A stretch of DNA of 64,000 nt, taken from NCBI GenBank assembly GCA_903813345.2, contig CAIIXF020000001.1, positions 45,260,001 to 45,324,000 on the forward strand. Direction: 5' to 3'. Positions 26,403-41,400 of this stretch are shown here, one piece after another; position 1 is the stretch's first letter; the number at the start of each line of letters is the position of its first letter. The notes below the pieces were generated by a model. It was not told the DNA's origin. It ran no database searches and worked only from the letters and a program-made list of their open reading frames with translations. Position numbers and translations under genes: made by a program. Source of the stretch: Owenia fusiformis. Its lineage: Eukaryota.

Positions 26403-26944
26403 TCACTGCTACCCACCTAGTTACACAGACATATCGTCAGTGTATCATGGCTGAACTACTTCCGGGATTTGAATTTGGTAAGATATTTTTATTTCTCGAT
26501 TTACATCTACTTATAAGTCACGATGTGGATTATAATTTGGCTCTAAGTTATGGGAGATAGTCTAGTTTGAGAATGTGTCGATGGTTTTAGGTTTGGTATG
26601 TTAACGAAGACGCATTTCACATATTAAGTCCCTCGCTTTTGTTACACTGACGATCGGCATTAATATTGCCAATATTGCACTGATATTGGTTGTTCTTCAG
26701 TGTAACAAAAGCGAGGGACTAAATACGTGAATTGTGTCTTCGTTAACATATAAAACCTAAAACCATCGACACATTCTCAAACTAGACTATCTTCCTTAAC
26801 TTCGAGCCAAATTATCATCCACAACGTGACTTATAAGTAGGTGTAAATCGGGAAATAAAAAAATCTTACCAAAACCTAGTCCCGGAAGTAGTTCCGCCAT
26901 GATACACTGACGATACGTCTGTGTAACTAGGTGGGTAGCAGTGA
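26403..26944. mobile_element. Foldback MITE, PIF/Harbinger-like (TTA TSD)
   Basis: ~255-bp inverted arms starting TCACTGCTACCCACCTAGTTACACAGAC, TTA on both flanks; diverged single arm at ~11360-11610. Confidence 0.85.
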
Positions 26945-26962
26945 TTATACTTGTTCTATGTT

Positions 26963-27317
26963 GCTTGTATTCGCAAATGCAAATAGTGGCTACTAGCTAG
27001 CGGGTTGACTGCAATTTGATGGCAAACTTATTTAAATATGAATAGTACCTGCTGTGCGTCCCATTTAATTTGCCAGTCTTCACCCCAAACCCAGTAGCTG
27101 AGCTAAATAAATGTTTTAACATTGTTATTAAAGCAGCAACTAAACTGGCGCATGCGCATAGACGCTAAACACATTTCAAGTTTATTTGATCATGTGACAA
27201 TGTCATAAGACATCACACAAACTGGTTGTTCGACATTGCAACTTCAAACAGATGGATTAATTTATGCAAATCAGTAGGTTAATCCGGTAGCTGCTATTTG
27301 CATTTGCGAATACAAGC
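26963..27317. mobile_element. MITE with ~30-bp TIR
   Basis: GCTTGTATTCGCAAATGCAAATAG / CTATTTGCATTTGCGAATACAAGC. Confidence 0.75.
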
Positions 27318-29441
27318 TTTAAGTTAGTAAATAACAGTTTTGCATGATATATAATATATATCTTGATCTGACATATAAGTCATTACAAAATGAATATATT
27401 GTACTTCACTAAGTGTAAACTATCATAATATATACAATTTATACAAAAACTTGTCATTTACATATGTTACAATATACTTCACATGTGATGCACCCAAAAT
27501 GCTAATCTCCAGGCAAGTTTAAGTTTTTGAATGATTTCATAATAAAGTTTCCAACTTGCACATACACGTGTATTTATCTTTTAAAGAAATTAACTTAATT
27601 AATTTTCAGGATGATGTTGATCAATATTAATTTTACTAGTGATGTTGTCAAACAATAGTTTCCTATTTTCTCTATGTACATGTATTTGGCAATTAATCAT
27701 GAAATTACCTTCATTTTCTATTTATACAAGCTAAATGTACATCAGTGTATTTCGTGAAATGCATGACCCATATTTTGTTCCATGTTTTAGTCCCATTCAC
27801 AATGCCACACTACCCTACCTCGATCGCGCATGCGCGAATTTTTTGGCTTTCAACCATGTCGCTTTTGAGTATATCGACTGCTTAGTCAAAAGGTTAATAC
27901 GTTTGGTGCTCAGAGTGAGTCAATATTGCTATTCGCTACACTTCAGTGGTGCAATAGTGAAGTCCATGTTCCAAGTTATATGAGAGTTGAAGAAAGAATG
28001 TAAATAATATCGTTTTAAATTTTAAAATATTTGATATGTCATAGTACACGGTACACAGTTGCAAAAGTTGATCAATACAGGGTACAAGGAATGTAAATTG
28101 TTCAATAGTACAGGGAGCGAGAAAGTAAGCTGATTATACAGACATACAATGTCCCGACCTCATGTACATTTACGTTGCAAACAGTGAAAGCAATGCTAAA
28201 AAGGCCGCCTGTTGATGCTTTGAGGTGTCATCAATTGTTATTTAATCCAAATAAAGTAAACATTATTTTGTAGATTTAGCCACGGGCTTTCAGGTCGTAT
28301 GAACAAGAACGCTAGATTATACGTGTTACTAGGGTATAAAAACGAAATAAAATAACGAAATTAAATATTAACACGTTAATGATAAATTACTACCCGCTAT
28401 CAATATTAATGACTATCCGCTACTCAGAATAATTAAAATTGCCTGAACTACATGTGAAGAATCTTTCTATTTAACCCCTTGAATGGTCTAATTTCACACC
28501 GTCTTCAAAAAGTGATCATTTAAAATGTTTTGTTCAAATTCACAAAAATACAGTTGAATAACATACTAGAAAACGTATCCTCCTATAACACGATGACACG
28601 CAGTTTAAATAACAGTTAACTGTTTTTTTGTTTCATATCAATGTAACATTTTCGAAGGGAAACTTACATGCTACCTGTACGTTGATAGATTTACTGAAAT
28701 GTATCGTGTATTGCATTCGAGTTTTGCTTCACTGCGCCCACTATTATCTATCTTTGCCTATAGTGTTTTTTTGCCAACAATATTCGACAAACTGCTTGAT
28801 GAATCAATTTTATGTCTGGTAGAACACTAGAAATAAATGTAAAATGTATTTTACGTTCAGAAATATGGAATTAAACCAACGTCCTCCATTTGCAACTTAG
28901 CTGTACCCTGTTTCCCTTTTAAACGTGGTCACGTGGTAGGGTAGTGTGAATGCATGCCTCTAAACAATTAACTTACACTAGAATTATACTGTAGCATGAT
29001 AATTCACAATTTACAACTTGACTCTAAAAATGTTATCTTATTTCTAGTTATTAAAAATTAACAATCTAAATCCAACTGAAAACTATTGATTTTATGTATT
29101 TTGAATTTATGTATTTTTGTAGTTTGAACTCATTGTCATTATCTTCTCTAACAGGTTAATATTCCAAAATTTAATATAAAATGTTAATTCCCCTACAGGG
29201 AAATAAATAATATTATTCACTGTCTTTTAATGCTGCATGTGTGTAAAACAGCATACACTCAACATTTATCACAAGTGGTTCAGATAATAACTTTCAATTT
29301 AGCCAAGTACAGGGTGTCCCAAATGTAGCAGGACTGGCATTTATTTTGCACCAATTGCGTTTAAATCTTCTATAATGTACTGTCGCTGTCATGACATGTG
29401 ATGGAAAGTGCAGTTTGGAAATACTTCGTGAGATGTATAAT

Positions 29442-32400
29442 TCAGTATACATATACCTTATTCTTGGGAGCAGATGTAAATGTACCATCTCTATGAAATA
29501 AGACAACAGTGCCATGAACAGACTCAAAATGGGCACTTATATCTTCTTTACCATGAAACACTTCAATGCATTCTCCACACATTAGTTCATCACTGTCCCC
29601 GATCTGTTGAATATTCACATCATCTTTACTGTATATCTTGTGTTCACATCTTTTATGTTGCTTTACATCCCATTTTGAGTTTGCCTCGAAGTCACAGTCT
29701 TTTTCATCACAAACATAGATGGCTATGTCATCATATTTCTTTACTACATCTGGATGATATGTCCTCATGTGGATGACAAGGTCATAGTTGTTTATGAAGT
29801 AAAAGTGGCACTCCTTACATTGAGCAATCTGGTCTGAAATCATAAAATGCACAACTGAATAAATGAACAATACAGGCCGTATCAAAAAAAACGCAACAAG
29901 TACTTATCTCGTAAAATCACAAAACTAGTGATGACTACATCAATTTCATTCAATGAACCATAAAGCCAAGTCTCTCCTCTTTGCAATGATATGTCATTCA
30001 TTCACATGTGGTAATGGTTGGGTGAGAAATCCTTCCATTTGCACAGTGGGTCAAAATCGGCTCTGGACCAAGTTTAAGATATTGCAAAAATCAGTGCAAG
30101 GGCTAAGTGCCAATGGAAGTTCCCCTGACTTGAACTGTTGTGACTTTTTCTTTTGGAGTTATCTCAGGAGCATCTGTACTCACAATTCCTCCACCAGATA
30201 TTGCAAAACCTCGAAAAAGAATTGCCCATGGGCAGCTTTTCTCTGCTTTAACCCACAGATGACTCAGGGCTGAACCATGCATGGCGTGGACAGATGAGCG
30301 CATCTTTATGTGCAAGGAAGTAGTGGCAATTTGGAGGGATATATGATGTATTCTTGCAAGAGTACGAAAAATTTCGAACGGAATGCGTGACATATACGTA
30401 ATTCGCGTGAAAAGTTCGAACAAAATGCGTACATTTTTTTCCGGCGTTCATATTTTTGCTGTGTAGACGATCTTTTTTAGAAATTTTTCTACAGAAATAT
30501 TTTTGCTTGACAATTACCAGGTAAAATGCATATTTGCGTGACATTTTCTGTCACGCAAAAATAACTGGCGTGACTTCAAATTCTTCAGCAAATGCGTGAC
30601 AAATACGCAAATTGCGGGACAGTTGACAGGCCTGTGTCTATGCCACACCTGTCACACATTCTTCCAATAGCCCCTATGTCCCTTGCACTGACTTTTGCAA
30701 TGTTTAAAAGTTGGGTCCGAGCTGAAGTTTGCCCGACTTTGCAAAATTAATGATTGTTCGGCCAGACATGACTCCCTGTGAATGAATGATATTCCATTGC
30801 AAAGAGGAGTACTTTGGCTTTTTGGTACATTGAATGAAAAGGATGCAGTCAGCATTGGTTTTATGTTTTCTTCCAATATTGCATCAGGCTCCGTACACAG
30901 ACTTCTGCGATATTTATAACTTGGTCCCAAGTTCATTTTGGCCCACTTTGCAAATGGAATGATTACTCGCCTGACCATGACCAAATATCAATGAATGATA
31001 TATCATTGTCAAGAGGAGACACGTGGCTTTATGGTACATTGAATGAAATCAATGCTGTTATCACTGGTTTTGTGCTTTTCTGAGATAACAATCTGTTGCG
31101 TTTTTTTTATACGCACTGTAGATTAAAGCACAACTTTCAATAGGTGGAATCAATAAAACTGTCAATTTTCAATCACAAAGCTTCCGATTGACAAACATCA
31201 GAAAGCTTCCTAAAAATGACTGAGTTTACTTCTTCTAAAATGTAAAGAGTAAACACCAAAAATAGTAATTCCGTGAGGTTTGTTATTTCCAGATGATATA
31301 TGTTGCACATAAAGCAAGAATAACCTTTATTTGATACTTCTAATTAGCAAAGTGTAGAACCAAATGTCAAATGTGATTGTATCAAAAAAAATTAAGTAAC
31401 ATTTTAAATCAAGCATCAATTTATATAGGCAGTGTATAATATTGGACTTTTTTAATACTAGACTTTGTCAAGTGTCAAAAGATCAGCACTTGACATATGA
31501 AATTTTCACTGGACAACTTTTGGCTAGTTTGAACTAGTTTTGTACTCGACAAATACGCACCCACTTGACACAGTCAAAATAAAGAAACAGGCATAATTTT
31601 ATGCGACCGGTATTTTATTTCTATTCAGTTGTTGTTCACAGCTTTAGCATCCATATCTTTTAACATATTATTGAATTTGAAATAGACAATAGACAATAGA
31701 AATAGACATCACCAACTGAGTCAAAGTATCGATGAAAAAACAATTTCATTGAGATTGGCCTACTTCATAACATTGATAAATCAATTCAGAACTTATGAAG
31801 CTCCACGATGAAGTGTTCTGGTCATGCTGCGGATAAATCATGGCATATCTCACAAAAACATTTCGTACATTTTTTTATTTTCATAATATTGCCAGTATTT
31901 CTAATTATTTTCTATTATTATCCCAATGAACATGGCGGACAACAACCAGCATATACAGGACATGGTATAAGTTCATCAAAGATGGCAGGAACATATACAA
32001 AGGGAACTATATCGTTTAAAGATGCAAAGTACATGTACAGGTAAATTAGTTTTAATTGCAATCCATGTGTATGTTATTCAAGAAACAAGATACCCTTGAT
32101 TATGAATTGCTCTTGTAAAATATAAAATTTAGTTTAGATATTAATTTGTTTTAATTGGTTGCTAAAGACTCATTAGTGCCACGTACACTTGTACTGTGAT
32201 TATTCCATGCATAAATTGAATGTTAACATTGCATACAAAATATGTAGCCAAGCATGCAGTGATTATAAATCCCAAACTTCCCTCTACATATAAATTCTGT
32301 GGATGTCCAAAAATCCAACAATTAAATTCACTTTCAAGAATAATGTTTAATTTTATTCCATAATACTACTGTTTTCCCAGGGAAATATGAAAGAATAAAA

Positions 32401-35400
32401 ATCGTATTGAATCGTATTACATGAAAAAATTGTATTGTCCCCGGGAAAAAACGTATTGGAGCGCATTACATGAAAAAATCGTATTGTCCCCGGGAAAAAT
32501 CGTATTGGAGCATATTAACCTATTTTCGGTTTCCCGGTTATTTTTCCCCGGTTATTTGCATTATCCAAATGTAGCACTTTAGAGGGGTGTATTATGGAAT
32601 AAATAGGTTATTTCTGGTCGGGATTGAATATGGGTTTTATTCATCGGAAAATATGAGATTGACCTTGGGCTATATATATGATATTAACACTTGGTCGCTG
32701 CGCTCCCTCGGTCAATATCTTATTACCCTTCAGTCAATATCATATTGTCCCTCGGGATAAAACCCATATTCAATCCCTCCCAGTAAATAACCTATATATA
32801 TGTACTTGAAAGTAGATATTTAGTATAACTAACTACACATTTATTTACAGAAAGTTAAATTTTGATCCGAATGACAACAAAATTATTGTCATACTACATA
32901 TCCAAAAAACAGGAGGGACATGGTTTGAATCAACACTAGTTAGGACATTAAATACGACACCTAAATGTCTGTGTGCACCAAAGGGTCGTTGGTGCGAGTG
33001 CCTAAACAAACATGGACATATATGGTTAGTTAGCGGGCAGTTCTCAATTAGATGGCCGTGTGGACTACATGCTGACTGGACTGAACTCACTGAATGCATT
33101 AATGGATTTTTTGATAAATATGAAGGAGTTCATAGGAAAAGAAGGTAGTTCTTATAATTTTATTTAAAGAATACCTTGAAATGTTTAAGTTCCAGCATGA
33201 CCATGTCATTTTCAATCAATAAAATATATGGCCCAGAGTGTGAATAATGGTGTGTGTGCACAGAAATTATATGTTAATATCTGCTTTTAGCATTTAGAGA
33301 ATATATTTGTGACATAATAGCTTAAAGGCACACTTTGGGAATTTTCAACATTTTTGGGACTTACATTTGAATTTCATAGTATGTCCAATGAACCTTATCT
33401 TTCATTTGACACCAACAACAGCTCAAATGTACCACATCAAAGCTAACAATAAATTATCAAAAAATATTCCGATCTGTCAAGCTTCATATATCAAGTTTTT
33501 TATCAATGTCATTGAAAGATGGCAGAGTTGTTTGTATTACATGATACATTCAAATTATAGAAGTGTCGCCATCTTTTAAATCAATAGTAATTTAAAACAT
33601 GCACTTTGTTTAACATGTGCATGCATGTCTAATGATCTCTGAACTTCAAATGCTTTTTTCTATGTGAGTTACTTTTTTCTTGGTTCAATATTAAAGCAAA
33701 TCAAACTTTGTGTCATATATGAGCTGGTGTGTGAGTAATATGTTTCAATGATCATTTTTTATTTTTTAATCTAAATTGAGTATAGTGCACCTTTAATTTC
33801 TACATTTCAAATAGTACTTTTAACACTATGATATGGCAATTCAAAACCCCTGAGCTTGTGAAGTTGTTCTATAAAGCATGCACTTAAAGTGACCTTTTGA
33901 CATACCAAATTCTCCTAAAACACAGAGCCAATTTTAAAAAATGATCACATTGACAAGTCAAAAAAATATACTCTGGAAAAACATATTATAATGTATTTGA
34001 ACAACAGTTTCAATTTATACCCCTAACTGAGACAGAAAATGAACAGAGAGACCAATGAACAACTACTCCACAACTACTCTGCTTTATGGGAGTGACATCT
34101 TTTAAAACTAATATAGATTCATAGAAATGCTGTGTTATTGATCGAGGAAGGTGAATGTTGCACAGGAGTACAAACTATCATATACCGGCACATATATAAC
34201 ATTAAGTAAAAGCAAGATAGATATAACCATAATAGTTCAATCATCTTATTTTTCAGATATCTCTACATTACACAGCTGCGAGAGCCTATTCAGAGATATG
34301 TCAGTGAATGGAAGAATGTCCAACGTGGTGCTAATTGGAGAAGAAACGGAAATCGAGCAATAAAATGTAATGGTCGGAAAATAACAGAAAAAGAACTGCA
34401 TGGATGTAAATTCCCTCTGAAAAATGTCTCACTAGACAATTTCATTGATTGTCCAGATAATCTTGCCATTAATAGACAAACTAGAATGCTTGCAAATTTA
34501 TCATTGGTTAACTGCTACAATACCAGCACAATAGCAAAACCAGAAAGAGATAGAATAATGCTTGAAAGTGCAAAAAATAATGTAAGGGATATGGCATATT
34601 TTGGATTAACAGAATATCAGAAATTGAATCAACGTCTCTTGGAATATACATTTGGAGTGAATTTCACAAAGAATTTTTCCCAGAGCAACAAAACTTATGC
34701 TAAGGAAGCAAAAAATGATATTTCACCATCACAACTTGAGAAGATAACAAAACTGAATCATCTTGATATTGAATTGTATAAATATGCAAAGGAGTTGTAT
34801 TTTCAAAGAATATAAAAGGGTAACTTGTTTCCTTCTTAATACATGTATTCACCCTATTATAATACTCACTTATTCATTATAGAGCTTGAGGAGGACATTT
34901 GAAGGTTGTTGAAACTCAGTACTGACAATCAAGACAAAAGAACATGTATTCAGAATGAAATATACCAACCAGATGAAGTTATTTTATAATGGTAACTTGT
35001 TTGCATCATTAGAATGATTTCTTGATTCAGTATCCAATATTCCTCATTAACAATCAATTTGTAAGCTTTAATTATATGAGTTTGTTTTTCAGGTATTTTT
35101 ATGAAGAAAATTGCAGGCTCTAATATTTATCTTTAATTCTGGGGATTTCAAGGGTAAGTGACCCATATGAAAGGACTGAGTCATTTTAGAGACAACTTTT
35201 TGATGTCCGATTCAGAAACAACTTTTGATGTTCGATTCAAAGCTACAGTGTATGACCAATTTGAAAATTATTTGACAATTCCAGAGACAAATACCAGCTA
35301 TGGTGATATAAAAATATGTAAGACATGATGCAACCGACATAATGCAACTGACATGATGCAACCGACTTACCATAATGTTTCTCTAATCCCCTATGATTCA

Positions 35401-38400
35401 CTCTCATATGGTGTTTAAGATGGTCTTGTCTTATAAAGGTTTCATCGCAATACCGACAAGTCATACACTTGCCTGCCTTTTCCCCATCATGTATCTGTTC
35501 CATGTGCTCTATAAGCTTCTCTTTTCTAACAAAGCGCTCACCACAAATTCTGCACTTAAATGGATGTTCATCTGAAAATGGCAAATAAACATAAATCTGC
35601 ATCCTAAGATGATACGTGACGTCATTTATAGCTAGAACAATTGATAAACTGGTCTGTATTGGAAATGTATGACCGCTAAATTTCATAAATGCAAATAGTT
35701 TCTTGTCTGTTTATCATATAAGAATTGTAACAAAGACCGAGATTTTATGATTTATGTCAAATATGACCTCAAATTTTATTCAGGCCATTCCCAAAGACCT
35801 CAATCGCTTCACGATTTCGGTCATTTAACAATGAACAGAATAAAATTTTCAGTCATATATTACGCAATAAATTATGAAATCTCGGTCTTTATTCCTTAAA
35901 TAATTACAATATATTTTCAATACTTTCAATGGACCGTTAACCGTTTGCTATAAATATATGAATAAATAGATGGAGAGTGTATTGGTCGGGCTATAATTCT
36001 ATTCATTGTATACTGTATTCTCTCCAATAAACGCACAGTGTACTTACTAAATTCTCCTGAAAGAGTTGTCTCAAATGCGCAAATTTTTGGGCGATAATAG
36101 GGTGTTTCATGATTTTCCCCTTTAAAGCTGGACTCATTTCAACTAGATAACATAGTAACATACCTTAAAAGTACTTTTAAAGATTTTTTAATATGGAACA
36201 CTTTTCAGAGCCCCAAAACCAACTGTCTTAACATTAAAGGAACCACTATAAGACTTGGGCGTAGTGCCCGGTATGCTGGGTACGCACAGGCGTACCAGAT
36301 GGTTGCAAATTCGCTCCAAATAGAGCCAAATTTCAAAATTTTCCTGGGGGAGAACCCAGACCCTGACCCCCCTGAATGCTCGATTTTTGATTCACTCAAC
36401 TCTTGTTGCCGTGGTGGTGCCGTACTTCTTAGAACAAGGCACAGACGTGAACAATATCGTACCTAAAACACAGCAGTGTGACAGTGAAGAATTTAGGACG
36501 GAAAATCCAAAATGGCCACCTTAAATTTTACCCAGAATGCCCAAAAACTAATCAGTTCTTAACTTTGATACGTAGAAACATCCCTGAAAGTTTCAGATGA
36601 ATCCATCAAATGGTTTGGCTGGAAACCTGTAGACAAGTCTTGAAAGTGAAAATTTTAGGATTAAATGGACACCTTAAAATTAACCCAGAATGCCCAAAAA
36701 CTAATCAGTTGTTAACTTTGATATGTAGAAACATCCCTGTAAATTTCAAATGAATCCGTCAAATGGTTTGGCTGGAAACCTGTAGACAAGTCTTGAAAGT
36801 AAAGATTTTAGGACGGAAAATCCAAAATGGCCACCTTAAATTTTACCCAGAATGCCAAAAAACTAATCAGTTCTTAACTTTGATACATAGAAACATCCCT
36901 GAAAATTTCAGATGAATCCGTCAAATGGTTTGGCTGGAAACCTGTAGACAAGTCTTGAAAGTGAAGATTTTAGGACGGAAAATCCAAAATGGCCACCTTA
37001 AAATTTACCCAGAATGCCCAAAAACTAATCAGTTGTTAAATTTGATATGTAGAAACATCCCTGTAAATTTCAAATGAATACGTCAAATGGTTTGGCTGGA
37101 AACCTGTAGACAAGTCTTGAAAGTGAAGATTTTAGGACGGAAAATCCAAAATGGCCACCTTAAATTTTACCCAGAATTCCAAAAAACTAATCAGTTCTTA
37201 ACTTTGATATGTAGAAACATCCCTGAAAATTTCAGATGAATCCGTCAAATGGTTTGGCTGGAAACCTGTAGACAAGTCTTGAAAGTGAGATTTTAGGACG
37301 GAAAATCCAAAATGGCCACCTTAAAATTTACCCAGAATGCCCAAAAACTAATCAGTGCTTAACTTTGATACTAGAAATATTCCTGAAAATTTCAGATGAA
37401 TCCGTCAAATGGTTTGGCTGGAAACCTGTAGACAAGTCTTGAAAGTGAAGATTTTAGGACGGAAAATCCAAAATGGCCACCTTAAAATTTACCCAGAATG
37501 CCCAAAAACTAATCAGTTCTTAACTTTGATACGTAGAAACATTCCTGAAAATTTCAGATGAATCTGTCAAATGGTTTGGCTGGAAACCTGTAGACAAGCT
37601 GAAAAGTGAGACGCCGCCCGCCCGCCGCCAGCCTGCCGCCCGTCAAGCTGACGACAATATCGTACCTTTAATAGCCTTACACAGGCTTTACTATATGTTG
37701 GTTAAAGGATTATGTGCTCATTGACCTACTCTACCTGAACACTATTAACCCTACTATCACACCAAACTAGTTCTCACTACGTTCTCGAAAACGGGCTTCA
37801 ACTGTGTACGAACGGACTGGACGTACTAAGAACCGTTTGGGATCTATTTACAAACTTCATCGAACGTACTCAACGGGTAGGTCCTTTAGAACTTAGACAA
37901 TGCTCAAAATGTTTTCGTGGTCGTCACGTTCTACAATTAGAACGAGTGACAACGTACTAACGACGAGCTGGACGTACTACGAACGGAACCGTCGTACTTC
38001 AATCCTACTAGGGACGTTTTAACAACGAGTGGAACTGTCTGAGGACGTGTTGAGAACGAGGTAGAACTCATTGCAAACGGGTTTAAACTGATTAAGAACG
38101 TATTTAACACTGCTTATGAACGAGTTAGCAAAAATAGAGCTATCACACCAAACAAGTTGCAACTGCGTTCTTCAAAACTGGTTCTAAACTGTGTGCGAAC
38201 GAAATGAACGTAGCTGCAACTTTCTAAGGTCTATTTACGAACTTTATGAACGTTCTCAGACGGGAATGTGATTTTAGAATTTTGAATCGATTCGAAATTC
38301 GATTGCGACCATACCGTTCTGTTATCAGGTCATGATGACCTTCTAGACTAAGGGACGCGTTCTACGGCGTTGCACACCGACGTGGTGCGACCTGAACGAA

Positions 38401-41400
38401 CTGCGAACGAGATGGACGTATTGAAGACGGTTTAAGAACAAAGAAGCTAATTATTTCAGACATATTTCCCGACCACAGCCAGTTTGAGCCCGTTTTACGA
38501 CGTTTTCGTAGGACTGGCAAGAACGGGTAAGAACGAGTTTGGTGTGATAGGGGGGTAAGCGATTCAACTTCAAAATTGGATTTGTTTACACACATACATT
38601 AATGGGTATTAATCAGACCTGATGATACCATGTGTTTCCTTTGTGATATCACAGATAAGGCACCTGGGCCACATGTATTAGTGAACCCCGCAGTATGATC
38701 AACTCAACACAGAGCCTAAAACACTCATGGTATGATGATGTCTGGTTATACCCATGTACATAGTACCATGTACATGGCACCAAGGGGTTTCTACTCCAAG
38801 AGAAGGCCATGATATGATAGTTCTAATATCACATACCTGTGTGCTTGGAAATGAAGTGTCTTTCCTTACTGGATTTTAGAGTGAACGTAGCTGGGCATTT
38901 TGAACAAGTGAACGTATGTTTTAGGTGAATCATCTGCATATGTAGTAACAGCTGATTCTTTTCTTTAGCTTTATATCCACAGTGTTTACATATAAGGCTT
39001 TCAATACCAGGCAAATTACATAAATCCATGTGTTTCGCAAGATATTCCTTATTTGAACATGTAACTCCACATACATCGCACTTGCGTACATTTTGGTCGG
39101 GTCTGTCCTTCTTCGTTTTCTCATCTGGCTCCTCAGTGTCAGAGGGTTTATGTTTTGCTAATATATGTAATTTCATCCCTGATTCCGTTACGCAGCACAT
39201 ATCACATATGGAGCACACATATCCTGCAATGTGTTTGCATCTGAAATAAGAAAGATTATTCAATGCCTTTACATTCTGTGATTCCATAAGTCATTTCAAA
39301 TCGTTTTACCCACTTAAAATATCATTTTTTATTTAATTCTCTATTTCCTTATGCACACAAACTTATGCAAATATCAAGGGGGAGCAAATTTTGGGGTTTG
39401 CAACAATGCGAGCCGAGCAAGCCCCAAAAAGGGGGGTATGGGGTTCACCCCTAGAAAATTTTTAAAATTTACAATTGTATATGGTGCATTTGAAGCATTT
39501 TAGACTGATAAGAATGATATCATTATGTCAAGAGCAATACTATACTTTTTAATTTTGCACCTAACAGGGTTCTCACTAGGCCTTTAGACTCCGGAGTCTA
39601 CTGTTTTTAGACCCTCTTGCTCCAGAGTCTAATAGCTTTTCCAGAGTCTAGTGTTTTTCCCTAGTCTAATTTTACATTTTCACATTTTGAGTTTGAGAAT
39701 ATATAATTAATTAGTTTTGAGAAAATATTGAAGTAAAGCCTTACTTGTGTAAATCTAACTGTGTTTGTGTGAATTTCCTTTTTGTCCCTCGGCACGACTC
39801 ACACACCAGCTCAACAGGATGGCTCTCTTTCTCATGCTCTATAAGATCATCCAATGACTGTGTATCCAAGTTACAAATTGCACAAGTCAGTTTTCCTTTA
39901 TTGTGTAAATACAAATGGTACGCAATTACATTTTTGTCCTCTGGTTTAGATGCATACATAAGTTGCCTGAAGACCCGATTGCATCTGAGACATTCTAATG
40001 TTTGTTCACCCAAATGATTGACAGTTTCTGTATACTGACCCGTAAAATTTTCCAACTTATACTCTTCTGCTGGTGGATTTAGCAACATGGGTTTTTGATA
40101 ATTTTTATAATGTTGCCGATAATCAAATTCAGGAAGTGTAGTATTTGTATTGTTCGTAATATTTTCCTGTTCATTAGTGGCATCTATTTCAGGAACATAT
40201 TCCTCATCATCACTTAAATTGTGTTCACTTGAATCATCTGTGGACACTGTGTTATCCTGCATAGGCTGGACATCAACGACTTCATTGTCAATAACTTTAT
40301 TGTCAATGGCTTCATTGTCAATGGTTTCATTGTCAATGACTTCATTGTCAATGACTTCATTGTTAATGACTTCATTGTCAATAGCTTCATTGTCAATGGC
40401 TTCATTGTTAATGACTTCATTGTCAATGGCTTCATTGTCAATGGCTTCATTGTCAATGACTTCATTGTTAATGGCTTCATTGTCAATGACTTCATTATCC
40501 ATGTTTTTATCATCAATAACAACAATTTTGTCAGCAGTGTTAAAATTAACATTCACTTTTGAATTTGCTGTTTCAATAAGGTTTTCTTGTTCTCTTTGAT
40601 TTTTCTTCACATTTCGAAGTTTATTTACAAAATCATTCAGTAAGTTTATTGTTTTTTGGGTGTCTGTGTCACTGATACTATGTTTATGATGTGGTTCCTT
40701 TGTTTGATATGGTTTAACGGTACTTGCAGCTTTCTTCCGATCAAGTGTCACAGGTTTTGAAGGGGTCACGGATTGATGAGGTGCAACAGGTTGATGAGGT
40801 GCAACACGTTGATGAGGTGCAACACGTTGATGAAGTGTCACAGTTTGACGTTGATTAAAATACTTTCTCTGAATTATTAAATGTTTTGGAACCTTATAAC
40901 CAGGTGATATGTTGTGTTTGTCTTGGTTGCAGGCACCCTTCTTATGTCTTGCGAGGGCTCGGTCTGACTTGAATCCACATTTACAGTTGCTGCATACATG
41001 CAAAGTCACTGTGGTTTGGAGAGCTAAGAAAACAATCAGGAAATCTTGGTTATTTTAAGATAACTGCAAAAGATCAATGTTAGATAATTAACTGTTGATA
41101 ATTTTAATGAATACACAATGATATATAATTGAAAATAAATACCAATGTCAAATTTTGACACTGCTTATGAGGTCATTTACATTCCTCAACTATTACAATC
41201 AAAGATGCGGACAAATACTAATTTAGTTGTTCTAAACAGGGAATATCAAAAATGAGCATTCAACCTTAGTTAAACTATAGACCAATCATAACAATATATA
41301 TTCTCATATTACTTCTAAGTGTGAAAGATAGTCAAAAGAGTTGTAAGCAATATACCTTTTGCTAATACATGAGATATTGGGACAAAAGCAAAACATTCAT

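Noticed and set aside
30103..30544. Near-identical ORFs here and at 44337-44684 and 13669-13953 (MSRKYAFYLVIV...)
   Set aside because: Shared because they are copies of one MITE; no transposase motif.
40150..40599. Overlapping Ser/Leu/Met and MKPLT repeat ORFs
   Set aside because: Alternative-frame and antisense readings of the 15-bp coding minisatellite.
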